This document shows, in pieces, positions 20,705 through 30,073 of a DNA stretch of 45,746 bases. The notes under the pieces are model-generated. The model ran no database searches, was not told where the DNA came from, and was given only the letters and a program-made list of their open reading frames with translations. The stretch comes from Escherichia phage vB_EcoS_AKS96, in sequence record NC_024789.1; one strand, written 5' to 3'. The first letter of the stretch is position 1. Each line of letters starts with the position of its first letter. The position numbers and the translations under genes were made by a program.

Positions 20705-20707
20705 CTT

Positions 20708-21679
20708 TTAGTAGAAGTTGGGAATAAATGGAAGTGCCATTGATATGTTTGTATCAAATGGGAATTGTGCGCCAGTTTGAGTTGAGTAATTACCTATAAC
20801 AGTACCAGGGACAGCTCTAACTGAACCTCCAGACATGCAAATACCCTTGTATCGTAAGTTATTATATCCACCAGTGACTCTAGTTGTCGCTCCGCATCTA
20901 AGTATTGGGAAGAACCCACCATTCACTGACTGGTAACCATTATTAATCTGCATAAATCCACTTAGAACAAATGGCCTCCTGACACTAGAGAAAACTATCT
21001 GCCCAGCGCTGTTTGATATCGTTAAACCCGGACCAGCTACTGGAGGTGTATTATTGAAAATAACTAACTGAACGTAAGTACTTGCAGCAACATCATCAAT
21101 CCCATTGTATGTTATATCCCTACACCATATCGTACTACCATCACTTTCAAGGGATACGTTTGGGTTATCCCATTTACCAAAAGGAATGCCGCCAACTGGC
21201 AATGATGCAGAGCCATTAACCTGGATGCCACCAACCCAAGCAGCAGTCATTAATCTGGAATTGCTTGATATCGCTGTAAAGTCAGTCGAGTTCTCAACAA
21301 GGACACCGGGGCTTGATTGTGATGATGCTGGTAAAATCTCAAAGCACTGACCGCCAAACTGCAATATGCGACCATTAGCGCCGTTAAAGTTACTTAATGT
21401 AATCCTTCCAACCCCATCATTAACCTTCGAGAACCCATTCATGTAATAAACTTCTGGTATAACATCATATGCATCAACATAAACAGCCTGGGTTGGCAGG
21501 CAGAATGCTGTTGAGCCAGGGGTCATAGTCAAACCGAAATCCCATGATGATGCTGGTGAGCTTAACCCGATAGTGTTTATTGAACCAGTCACGGCTGGAA
21601 CTCTCAAGCCAGCTGTGATTTCCATTGCTGGCCTTCCGTCATTCAAATCTATCAAGATACCTTGAGGCATTATTTCCAC
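20708..21679 (-). CDS. putative tail fibre / receptor-binding protein
   Basis: 323 aa Gly/Ser/Asn-rich, convergent with J. Confidence 0.4.
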   Translation of the reverse strand: MEIMPQGILIDLNDGRPAMEITAGLRVPAVTGSINTIGLSSPASSWDFGLTMTPGSTAFCLPTQAVYVDAYDVIPEVYYMNGFSKVNDGVGRITLSNFNGANGRILQFGGQCFEILPASSQSSPGVLVENSTDFTAISSNSRLMTAAWVGGIQVNGSASLPVGGIPFGKWDNPNVSLESDGSTIWCRDITYNGIDDVAASTYVQLVIFNNTPPVAGPGLTISNSAGQIVFSSVRRPFVLSGFMQINNGYQSVNGGFFPILRCGATTRVTGGYNNLRYKGICMSGGSVRAVPGTVIGNYSTQTGAQFPFDTNISMALPFIPNFY

Positions 21680-21915
21680 TCCTTTGAGCCGTGATCTGCA
21701 ACTGAGCCGCCGTAGCCTCCACCAACCTTTGGCTCAATACCAGCATAACGAATATCAACCTCTCCAGCTGGAACAACTACGCCACCCTTCCATTTAGCTA
21801 CGCATACACCAGAGGCCTGAGTTGCACACCATCCGTCAGGTCGCGGGCCAGAAGAACAACCTACTGTCATGATTACTGCTGCTGCGATGATTGCTGATTT
21901 GATGAAGTTAGTCAT
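21670..21915 (-). CDS. small lipoprotein, Cor-like superinfection exclusion candidate
   Basis: 81 aa from ATG 21915 (aagga RBS); signal peptide plus lipobox VGCSS. Confidence 0.5.
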   Translation of the reverse strand: MTNFIKSAIIAAAVIMTVGCSSGPRPDGWCATQASGVCVAKWKGGVVVPAGEVDIRYAGIEPKVGGGYGGSVADHGSKEWK

Positions 21916-21955
21916 TTTGTATTCCTTAGTAAGTATGTTTCGTTTCGATGGAGTA

Positions 21956-22001
21956 ACTATAGCAAAGGCTTCTGCTGGAGTCTTTAGCAAATCGTGCTAT
22001 T
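21956..22001 (-). promoter_or_regulatory. conserved box-plus-minus-10 cassette (copy n)
   Basis: minus strand AATAGCACGATTTGCTAAA, 23 bp, TATAGT. Confidence 0.5.
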
Positions 22002-22232
22002 TGATATACGCGTAACCGATGTAACTCGATGTATACAATCCCATACGCGGAAAATTGTATACGCTTTTTACGCGAAGATACGCATTATTTACACTATAGA
22101 ATCCTTATATAATAAGGGTTTAGAGTAATTATTATTATTACTATATTTGTTTGTATATAGTGTAACTACTCTCTATAGCTATGTTGGTGTGTTTTTCTAA
22201 AAGACTATGTTTGATTTCCTGTTAAGGAGGAA

Positions 22233-22379
22233 ATGCATATAGATATAGATAGGGTGCAAAAGTGGTGGATACATTGGTTACAAGAGTTACACTCAGTATC
22301 CATGCGGCGTACAGAGTCGCAAGACGTATTCAGGTGCGTTTTACGTAGATATACAGATAGCACGAATAATCAAAACTGA
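22233..22379 (+). CDS. small ORF (48 aa) upstream of Rha-like gene
   Basis: strong RBS aaggagg 4 nt before ATG; ends in a degenerate box copy (22357-22376). Confidence 0.3.
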   Translation: MHIDIDRVQKWWIHWLQELHSVSMRRTESQDVFRCVLRRYTDSTNNQN

Positions 22380-22410
22380 TGCTTCCTGATTGGTTATAGT
22401 GCACTCACCG

Positions 22411-22430
22411 GCAGCAGTGGTGCTGCTTTT
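22411..22430 (+). terminator. hairpin with short T-tract (attenuator-like)
   Basis: gcagca-gtgg-tgctgc tttt. Confidence 0.35.
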
Positions 22431-22491
22431 GATGCAAAAAAATGCACCACAAAATCCGGGAGTGAAAATAATTCAACCCCAAAAACTAGAG

Positions 22492-23211
22492 ATGATAGAT
22501 ATGAATCTGATTAATATTGATGAAAACGTAACCATGAGCAGCCTTGAGATTGCTGAATTGACCGGGAAGCGTCACGATAACGTAGTAAGGGATATTAGAG
22601 AAATGCTGAATGATAATGAGATATGCTCAGGATTTAGCCAATCTCACTCCTCAAATTTGAGGAGTGAAATTCAAAATGAATCTCGCGGCTCAAATGTGGA
22701 CCGCCAGATTAAACACCCATTTGAATCTGAGTACAAAAACTCAAGAGGCCAAACTCAGCCATGCTTCAACTTACCATATCGTGAAACCATGATTTTGATG
22801 GTTGGTTACAACAGAAAGGTAGCCGCAAAGATTGTTGACCGCTGGCTACACCTTGAGCGGGAAAACAAGCTCCTTAAAGAGCACATGAAGAAGATGGTTT
22901 CACTTGATGAGGTTAAGGTTTACAAAGTTGAGGCGGCATCAGCAAAGGCTGCACAGCACAGAGCTGAGGATAACTATTACGCAATTGAGAAGTTCATGTT
23001 TAAGAACATGGATAAGTGCGAAAATCCTGCAGAACTTGATGAGCAATACTTCGATGTTAAATTCGAGTCAAATCGTTACCATGACTCTCAAGAGTTGGTT
23101 TACAAGTACCAGGCTCAGCTTGAGGTTGCTTGCGAGAAGTTAAAGGCTAAAGATGATCTGATTGCCAATCTGGTGCATAAAGGCGAACCGCTTAAGCTTG
23201 GTAAAAAGTAA
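22492..23211 (+). CDS. Rha-family phage regulatory protein
   Basis: SSLEIAELTGKRHDNVVRDIREML and FNLPYRETMILMVGY resemble the phage Rha family; start chosen downstream of hairpin. Confidence 0.65.
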   Translation: MIDMNLINIDENVTMSSLEIAELTGKRHDNVVRDIREMLNDNEICSGFSQSHSSNLRSEIQNESRGSNVDRQIKHPFESEYKNSRGQTQPCFNLPYRETMILMVGYNRKVAAKIVDRWLHLERENKLLKEHMKKMVSLDEVKVYKVEAASAKAAQHRAEDNYYAIEKFMFKNMDKCENPAELDEQYFDVKFESNRYHDSQELVYKYQAQLEVACEKLKAKDDLIANLVHKGEPLKLGKK

Positions 23212-23363
23212 TCAGTAAACAAAAACGCTTCCAGTACAGGAAACAAAAATGTTGACTGTACGGTCAATAAAAATGTTGACCGTTAACTAATAGGCAAAAC
23301 CAATTGGATAAACTTAGCTACGGATGTCATAGTTAAACCACATAAACAGAGAGAGATAGAAAA

Positions 23364-23558
23364 ATGGCATACTTCATTATTCAAGAGCGAAATAACCCTA
23401 TTTTCGGAACATGTTACTACTGTGTAGATGGCTCAGGTTACACAAGCAATAAATCAGAGGCAGCAAGATTTGAGACAAAGCAGGAAGCTATTGAATACGC
23501 CCACGTGACAGATGAGGAGCTTGGTTCAGTAATGAAGATTATTAAGGTGAAGGAATAA
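23364..23558 (+). CDS. hypothetical protein
   Basis: 64 aa; conserved leader acagagagagatagaaaa before ATG. Confidence 0.4.
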   Translation: MAYFIIQERNNPIFGTCYYCVDGSGYTSNKSEAARFETKQEAIEYAHVTDEELGSVMKIIKVKE

Positions 23559-23561
23559 ATC

Positions 23562-24530
23562 ATGAGCTTCAAGGTTTACACTAGCGACGAGTTAACCAAC
23601 GAAGCCTACCACAAGGAGTCAGACCATGTGTCTGGCTCTGGTCTGGCTCACATCTTCTCAACTTGCCCCGCTGCTTATAAGTTTGCAGAGCATGATGATA
23701 GCAATAAGGCGTTAAAGTTCGGTACATTAGCCCACACGGTTATTCTTGAAAACTATGTATTCGATGCGACTTACTATCGCCAGCCAGCGCAAGAAGAGTT
23801 TGAGGATCTGATTACTAGCAAGACTGCTTTGGCAACTCGGTTGAAGTCGATGGGTATTGCTGGAACATCTGGTAAGGATTATCCAGAATTAATGGAGATT
23901 CTGGCGCTGAGCGGTGAATCACTTAACGTATGGTGGGATATTCAGCGCTCTAGCGAGGTTAAAGCGAACGGTCGCGAGATTGTATCAGCTAAAGACTTTG
24001 ACACAGTACATGCGATGCGAGAGGTGCTGTGCGGCATTCCTGCATACAATGCGATAGTGAACAGTAAAACCGCTCAGCGAGAGTTATCAATCTTCGGTGA
24101 GATTAACGAGTGCGGCGTTAAGGTTCGTCTTGACCATGTCGATGTCGTTGATGATGTAGTTTATATCCGTGACTACAAGACGACTAGCGACGCATCTCCA
24201 TCTGGATTTGGGAGATTGGCCTTCAAGCATGGTTACTTGCTAAAAATGGCGCTTCAGCATGATTTGTTTGTTCGCGCCTTTAATGAGAAGCGTCGAGTTG
24301 TTGTTCAGCTTCTTTGCCAGGAAAAGAAAAGCCCATTCCTTCCAATGTGCTACACGATAACAAAAGAGCACTTAAAGGTTGGTAGATTGCAATACATGAG
24401 CGCCCTATCCACATACAAGCAATGCAAGAAACTTGATATTTGGCCTGGTTACGGATTTGGCGAAACAGAGATGGAACTGCAAGTTCCTGAGTATGAGATG
24501 AAGAAGTACGAAGATAGCACGAATAGCTAA
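23562..24530 (+). CDS. recombination-associated exonuclease (PD-(D/E)XK type)
   Basis: 322 aa; D-x(n)-IRDYKT motif; sits upstream of Erf and SSB. Confidence 0.5.
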   Translation: MSFKVYTSDELTNEAYHKESDHVSGSGLAHIFSTCPAAYKFAEHDDSNKALKFGTLAHTVILENYVFDATYYRQPAQEEFEDLITSKTALATRLKSMGIAGTSGKDYPELMEILALSGESLNVWWDIQRSSEVKANGREIVSAKDFDTVHAMREVLCGIPAYNAIVNSKTAQRELSIFGEINECGVKVRLDHVDVVDDVVYIRDYKTTSDASPSGFGRLAFKHGYLLKMALQHDLFVRAFNEKRRVVVQLLCQEKKSPFLPMCYTITKEHLKVGRLQYMSALSTYKQCKKLDIWPGYGFGETEMELQVPEYEMKKYEDSTNS

Positions 24531-24557
24531 AACGGTATTAAATCGATGGGGTATAGT
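24514..24557 (+). promoter_or_regulatory. conserved box-plus-minus-10 cassette (copy a)
   Basis: ATAGCACGAATAGCTAAA, 22 bp, TATAGT; box contains stop of upstream gene. Confidence 0.5.
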
Positions 24558-24586
24558 TACCTCATCGACAACAAAGAGAGATAGAA

Positions 24587-25234
24587 ATGAAGACTTCAGA
24601 GAGTAACAAAACAGTTTTACAGGCACTATTTAAAGCTCGCACAGGATTTGCGAAGGCAGCAAGAGACAAGCAGAACAGTCACCTAAAGAATAGATACGCA
24701 ACACTTGATTCCATGCTGGAGGCTGTAATCCCAGCACTTGATGATAACGACTTAATGATTATGCAGAGCATGTTAGAAACATCAACTGCTGACAATCTTA
24801 ACGTAGAGACGACTCTCTATCACGTTTCTGGCGAGTGGGTTAGCTTCTTCATGATTATGCCAATCGTTAAGAAAGACCCGCAAGGAGTAGGATCTGCATT
24901 TACATACGCTCGGCGTTACTCACTAGCGGCGGCTTTGGGAATTAGTCAGTCTGACGATGATGCGCAGATGGCAGTTAAGAGCGTCAAGGACTGGAAGCGC
25001 GATATTGAGAAGGCAGAAACTCGAGAAGAGCTTATCGAAATCTACAAATCATGCAAATCACAAGCTGACACGGCAACGTGGGGTATAGTAGAGAAAGCGA
25101 TAATAGATAAACAAGCAGAGATCAAAATGGCTTCCGCAAGTGGCTTCAACCCAGCTAAGCCAAAGGAAGTCGCTAAAAAAGTTGCAAACGCAACTAATGA
25201 AGTAGTAGAATCACAATCAATCGAGCAGTTCTAA
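24587..25234 (+). CDS. erf: Erf-family single-strand annealing protein
   Basis: KQNSHLKNRYATLDSMLEAV block typical of ERF family. Confidence 0.75.
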   Translation: MKTSESNKTVLQALFKARTGFAKAARDKQNSHLKNRYATLDSMLEAVIPALDDNDLMIMQSMLETSTADNLNVETTLYHVSGEWVSFFMIMPIVKKDPQGVGSAFTYARRYSLAAALGISQSDDDAQMAVKSVKDWKRDIEKAETREELIEIYKSCKSQADTATWGIVEKAIIDKQAEIKMASASGFNPAKPKEVAKKVANATNEVVESQSIEQF

Positions 25235-25281
25235 ACTAAACGGGGCTTCGGCCCCAAAATCAAACGAGAAGAGAATATAAA

Positions 25282-25704
25282 ATGCATACTTTAACAGGCG
25301 TAATTCGTAAGGCTCCTTTCACTAAAGATGGTCAGAACGCCAAGGGTAACTGGAAGATGTACGCTATCGAAATGAGCGAATCTTATAAAACACGAGATGG
25401 AGAGCGTAAGTATAGTAATTATCGAGCTACCTTCTTTGCTAGCGAGGCGCAAATTAGCTGGTATGACGAAGCATTTCAGGAAGGAAAAGTTATCTCTGTG
25501 AGCGGCGATTCATTAGCGGTTAATGAGCGCGAACATAATGGCAAGACATATATTACGCTTGAGTTGCAGAATCCTCGATTGATGTTTAGTCAGCGAGGAG
25601 GTGAATCAGAAAAGCAGCAGCAGCGACAACAAGCTCAACAGCAACAGAGACAGCAGCCGCAGCAACAAAGCCGATTTAGTGATGAAGAGGATATTCCGTT
25701 TTAA
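25282..25704 (+). CDS. ssb: single-stranded DNA-binding protein
   Basis: 140 aa, Gln-rich linker and acidic C-terminal tail DEEDIPF. Confidence 0.8.
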   Translation: MHTLTGVIRKAPFTKDGQNAKGNWKMYAIEMSESYKTRDGERKYSNYRATFFASEAQISWYDEAFQEGKVISVSGDSLAVNEREHNGKTYITLELQNPRLMFSQRGGESEKQQQRQQAQQQQRQQPQQQSRFSDEEDIPF

Positions 25705-25716
25705 TGCAAAAGATAA

Positions 25717-25737
25717 AGCCCCTTTCGGGGCTTTTTT
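25717..25737. terminator. bidirectional terminator
   Basis: agcccc-tttc-ggggct with flanking A/T runs. Confidence 0.6.
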
Positions 25738-28453
25738 ATTGTGACGTTACATCACCATTCAAACTCAAAAATACTGATTGTTTTGTCAAATCAACACCAC
25801 CTTTAAGCGAATAGTATCTTGAAGCGCAATAATCAGACTCATCTGAATAGCTGCCAACGTAAACACCAAAGCCATATCCAGAGCAAGCTACATCACCAGC
25901 GCCTTGACCTGAATACATGGTTACATAGTTACCGGCTGTTGTTAGTATAGGTCTGACATCAATATCTATATACTGAGAATCAAATGACCTTCTAACTCTA
26001 AATCCAGTATTCAGGTTTAAGATGCTCCACCAAACCTTACCAGATACATCAAAACCAAGAGCAATATTGTAAGTACCACCGTTGACCATTCTTGATGAGA
26101 CTGGCAACACACCTGATAAAACTCTTGTTTCACCTGATGCTGATATTAACAATGAGACACTGTGTTCTCCTGATGCCATCACGTTATACTGCAAGTAAAG
26201 AGCATTACTATCAACTCCAAAACCAGTCCCTATAGCTATAAGGTTAAAGTCTTCAGCAACAGTTATGGTCGGCGATATATTGCATGTAGCGGTGAAACCT
26301 AGTGACGGGTCAAATCCAGTGCATATAATCTTATCTTTATTTGCCTGTGAAAGCCTTAGCCAATATTGCTGCCCAACTGATGATGCCGCTGCGGCGAATA
26401 CTGGTGTATTAGAGACCCCATCAAAAGCTGAAGTGTCGTTTGCTGGCTTAATTCTTGTCTTCCTTTTATCTATCAGTCCGTTTATCTTCAGGTTTCCTGA
26501 ATACTCAGCAACATAGTTAGTGTCCCCTGAGAAATTTGGGCCAAAGTAACCAGATTCAACAACCCCATCGATCACAACATCAGATCTTGAGTCAAGGAAT
26601 CTGAAGTTGCCAGCGGAAGTTGGCCTTCCATCGCCATTGTTAGATACATAGTTAAGCCCAACAAAACCATAGATTCTTACAGAGCTATTTGAAAACGAAA
26701 CGTTATAATCTCTGTAGTTTGAGTTTATGCTGTTCCTGTTACTATTTAATCCATTAAATACCACATTTCTAGAGTTTACAATTCTAACACCGTCACCACC
26801 GCAATCCTGCGCCTCTATAGCTGACATGGTGATGTTTTGGCAGTTATCAATCAGGATGCCATAAGCATCATCAAGCTCATTATAAGCCGACCAACCCGAC
26901 CAAATAAACTTACCGCCAACAATCCTACAGTTTCCGGCATTCCTAAGTATTAGACAATTTCTTCCACAGGTGTTTACCTGTATGTTATTCCATGTGAAGT
27001 CTGTTGTTTCGTTAATCAATCCGTCTTTTTTTATGTGCTGAATAAGAACATCATCAAGAACAGGAGAGTAGTTACCAGCAGCAACGAAAATTCCGTAAAC
27101 ATCAAACCCAGCAATGTGAGTGTTTCTTATCGTTAAGTCCCTTCTAGGGTCAGCACCAGCGTTGAATGGGTAATTGGTTGATAACCCAGTCGGCGTAGGG
27201 ATGTAAATCCCAGCAGTACCATCAGTAAACGCCGTGTCTTGCTGGGCTCCAGTGCCGTAAAGAGCAATGCCTTCAATATGAATGAGCGAGCAAGAATCAG
27301 ATACATCAATTAAAGAGCCAATTGATGAACTAAGCTGAGTTATTCTTGATTTGTGCTTGCCAAAACCAATTATAGAGCAAGATTTATTTCTCATTACCAG
27401 GTTTGATGCCATGTAGTCGCTATCAAGCTTTAATGCCAGCCCAGAGTCTAGGATTTGCTGTATCTGTGTCGTTGAGTCTGATGTCGATGACTTAATAGCT
27501 CCAAGTTCGCAAGGCGACAGCTCCCCGCCACAGATTCTTTCCCAGTAATAACCGGTACTTGATTCAAAAACCAATCCTGAAGATAATCCATATGATAACG
27601 ATGACTCCGGCTTACAAACAAAGAACCCACCACCATAACCAAGACCACCAATGTAAGAATCACAATAGACAACCTCTAAGTCATAAATTCTGGCAGAGTT
27701 TGTCATTGCTGATACTGATTCAAACCTTCTTGTGTAATCCTGTTGAATCCAAAAACCAACTCCAATACCACCTGTAGACTGTGGTGATGAGTTTTGTGGT
27801 ATGGATTTTGGAACGCTACCAGACCAGTAATAAACCGAAACATGATTGTCATTAAAGTAAATTGCAGGCTGAGTTCTTGAGTTTATTTCTCCACCATTTG
27901 AGAAATCAACTACAAGAGCAGATGACACAGAAGCCGCAGCAGAGCTTGCTATTGTAGCTGAAGAGGAAGCCGAGTTAGCGCTACTTTCAGCTAACTGCCT
28001 ATCAGAAGATACCTGATCTTTGTCAGAAGAAACTTGAGCAGCATCAACAGCAACTTGCTGAGATTGCATGTTGACATTATTTACGCTTTGCTGGAAAGAA
28101 TCAGAATCAAATTGATTAAAAGCATCAACTGCCGCTGCAACCTCTGTTTCACGGGACTGATAATAACGAAGTGTCTCAGCAACGTCCTGAGCAAGACCTT
28201 GGACAGTAATTCCGTCATGAGCAAGGATTGAGTACTGAGTCCCAGCTGGCGCAGTAAAACCTTTATCATTGAATACACGAATCTCTGTATCGCTTAAAAT
28301 CTCAGCGATAGTAACAATGCTTGTCGGGGTGGTGTTAAAAATCATTGTTGCGCCAACTCGGATTAGTGTTAGTGGTTGCCTCCACGTGGTGCCAACACCA
28401 GTTACAGTTCCGTCAGCTGCAAGCGATGCAGTTCCAGCGTCATAAATTGCCAT
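25736..28453 (-). CDS. tailspike / lateral tail fibre with beta-helix-like region
   Basis: 905 aa; Asn/Gly/Ser-rich repetitive central region; minus strand inside replication block. Confidence 0.55.
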   Translation of the reverse strand: MAIYDAGTASLAADGTVTGVGTTWRQPLTLIRVGATMIFNTTPTSIVTIAEILSDTEIRVFNDKGFTAPAGTQYSILAHDGITVQGLAQDVAETLRYYQSRETEVAAAVDAFNQFDSDSFQQSVNNVNMQSQQVAVDAAQVSSDKDQVSSDRQLAESSANSASSSATIASSAAASVSSALVVDFSNGGEINSRTQPAIYFNDNHVSVYYWSGSVPKSIPQNSSPQSTGGIGVGFWIQQDYTRRFESVSAMTNSARIYDLEVVYCDSYIGGLGYGGGFFVCKPESSLSYGLSSGLVFESSTGYYWERICGGELSPCELGAIKSSTSDSTTQIQQILDSGLALKLDSDYMASNLVMRNKSCSIIGFGKHKSRITQLSSSIGSLIDVSDSCSLIHIEGIALYGTGAQQDTAFTDGTAGIYIPTPTGLSTNYPFNAGADPRRDLTIRNTHIAGFDVYGIFVAAGNYSPVLDDVLIQHIKKDGLINETTDFTWNNIQVNTCGRNCLILRNAGNCRIVGGKFIWSGWSAYNELDDAYGILIDNCQNITMSAIEAQDCGGDGVRIVNSRNVVFNGLNSNRNSINSNYRDYNVSFSNSSVRIYGFVGLNYVSNNGDGRPTSAGNFRFLDSRSDVVIDGVVESGYFGPNFSGDTNYVAEYSGNLKINGLIDKRKTRIKPANDTSAFDGVSNTPVFAAAASSVGQQYWLRLSQANKDKIICTGFDPSLGFTATCNISPTITVAEDFNLIAIGTGFGVDSNALYLQYNVMASGEHSVSLLISASGETRVLSGVLPVSSRMVNGGTYNIALGFDVSGKVWWSILNLNTGFRVRRSFDSQYIDIDVRPILTTAGNYVTMYSGQGAGDVACSGYGFGVYVGSYSDESDYCASRYYSLKGGVDLTKQSVFLSLNGDVTSQ

Positions 28454-28504
28454 GTTATTTCTCCTATTTGATAGATGAAACCTATTGTATCAGATTAAAT
28501 GCAA

Positions 28505-28526
28505 TAAAAAACCCTCCGAAGAGGGT
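28505..28526 (-). terminator. rho-independent terminator (minus strand)
   Basis: minus strand cctc-ttcg-gagg followed by U-run. Confidence 0.5.
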
Positions 28527-28531
28527 GATTG

Positions 28532-29455
28532 CTATGAATGCTTATCTATCAGATCTTGCGGGTTATATAACCTTCTTTCAAGCCCCATCTTGAAATTGCC
28601 ACCTTTAGGTATTACGACTTTTAGACCTCTATCATCAGCAACATAAAGCGACTCCTTTTCATCAGCTAAGCAAGCTATCCTGCACTCTTTATTCCTGAGT
28701 TCATAAGCAACCATTTCTAAGTTGTGGTGAGTTAGGCAGTCGTAAGTTGTCCTTTTTGTGCATGCCGATACATGTAGTGCGTTAATCCAGCCAACAGTGA
28801 GGTAGATAGCGCCATCACTACATTTACTTACCGGAACAACCGAGCCGCGAGTGTAGTCTTTTGCGAGATATGACTCATTACCCTCTTCATCTATAAACTT
28901 TACGTTACAAGGCTCATCTGATAAACCATCCTCGTAAACCATAAAGCATTGCTCGGCTATAATTTCTTCTCCAGACCCCTTTATTCCTATTTTGTATTCC
29001 CGTTCAGTAATAATTGCTTCAAATCTCGTAAGCTGTGTCATTTCTACAGACTTGGTGCGAGAGATTACCTTCTCGATTGATTCAATGGATGCCTGAGCGC
29101 CAAAGTTATATCTCTGAACTCGGCTCGCTGCTTTGTTTGCCTTCACTATGATTTCGACGGGAGTCAAATTAAGCCAGTCGCCAAGTAAATTTATAGCTTC
29201 CGCAAATCTAAGGCCGGAACATTTCATAACCCATCCTATTCCTGAGTCACTGCCGCACTTAGAGCAAACTGCGGCCCCATTACCTTTTTCGCTTCCTATT
29301 TCGTCTGTAAACCTGAATCTGTCAGTACCAAAGCAATAAGGGCACGGCCCGTGCTTCTTGCTAAGGTGTCTATCATTCCAACCAAGCTCCTTTGCATAAA
29401 ATGATTTCCACAATCCAGCCATTTTAGGTATTACTTCATTCTTGTCGTAATTCAT
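28532..29455 (-). CDS. DNA primase (zinc-ribbon type)
   Basis: HGPCPYCFGTDRFRF...CSKCG resembles the zinc-ribbon of phage primases. Confidence 0.6.
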   Translation of the reverse strand: MNYDKNEVIPKMAGLWKSFYAKELGWNDRHLSKKHGPCPYCFGTDRFRFTDEIGSEKGNGAAVCSKCGSDSGIGWVMKCSGLRFAEAINLLGDWLNLTPVEIIVKANKAASRVQRYNFGAQASIESIEKVISRTKSVEMTQLTRFEAIITEREYKIGIKGSGEEIIAEQCFMVYEDGLSDEPCNVKFIDEEGNESYLAKDYTRGSVVPVSKCSDGAIYLTVGWINALHVSACTKRTTYDCLTHHNLEMVAYELRNKECRIACLADEKESLYVADDRGLKVVIPKGGNFKMGLERRLYNPQDLIDKHS

Positions 29456-29507
29456 TTTTATTTAATCCAATAAAAAGGTTGTACCGATTATGGCACAACC
29501 TTAATTT

Positions 29508-29981
29508 TTACTCTTTAGCTTTTCGTGCTTCTTCTCTTTCTTTCTTAACCTTTCGCCATGATTTACGCTGCGGCTTGGTTGCTAACTCAGCTTCTGTAAC
29601 AACTCGAAGCATCTGACGCTTCTTGCATCGCAGTGTTAGAGGCTTGCCGTTACCGTCGAACTGTAAATCAGGTCGGCAGAATGTAGCCCTGAACCCCTCG
29701 CCAGTTCGCTTATATCGATTATGCGCAAGCTGTGCGCCGCGAGCTGAAATCATTCCCCGCTTACACCATTCTTCTACAGCCTGGCGCGTAACCTTTAGCT
29801 GCTTAGCTAGATTGGCCTTGCTGCCGTAGAAGTCCAATACAATCTCAAGGCGCGCCCTTAATCCTGCTCTCACTTCATCCTTTAGTACATAGTAACCTGA
29901 TGGACGCTTACGCGGCTTCTTGTCTTCTGTGCGAATTGTTCCGTTGTTACCATTAAGAGTACGCTTGTCAATTGAATCCAT
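29508..29981 (-). CDS. basic DNA-binding protein with HTH-like segment
   Basis: 157 aa, Lys/Arg-rich; LAKQLKVTRQAVEEWCKRG helix-turn-helix-like. Confidence 0.35.
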   Translation of the reverse strand: MDSIDKRTLNGNNGTIRTEDKKPRKRPSGYYVLKDEVRAGLRARLEIVLDFYGSKANLAKQLKVTRQAVEEWCKRGMISARGAQLAHNRYKRTGEGFRATFCRPDLQFDGNGKPLTLRCKKRQMLRVVTEAELATKPQRKSWRKVKKEREEARKAKE

Positions 29982-29992
29982 TTTCTCACCTC

Positions 29993-30036
29993 AATAGCAC
30001 TTTTTGTTAAACATTGGTTTAGATGGCTGTTATTAT
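29993..30036 (+). promoter_or_regulatory. conserved box-plus-minus-10 cassette (copy b)
   Basis: AATAGCACTTTTTGTTAAA, 21 bp, TATTAT. Confidence 0.5.
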
Positions 30037-30073
30037 ATCGTCAATCGAACGAACATTAAAGGCATTTGATATT

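Noticed and set aside
22390-22491. Upstream extension of the Rha-like ORF starting at 22390
   Set aside because: Would be translated through a stable hairpin and has no RBS; conserved Rha-type sequence begins after ATG 22492.
23247-23286. Tandem AAAAATGTTGAC(T/C)GT direct repeats as a sigma70 promoter pair
   Set aside because: No -10 hexamer at 16-18 bp from either TTGAC box; kept only as a possible protein-binding repeat upstream of gene 23364.
25615-25670. CAG/CAA-rich stretch as a nucleotide repeat element
   Set aside because: It encodes the Gln-rich flexible linker of SSB before the acidic tail; a coding low-complexity region, not a separate feature.
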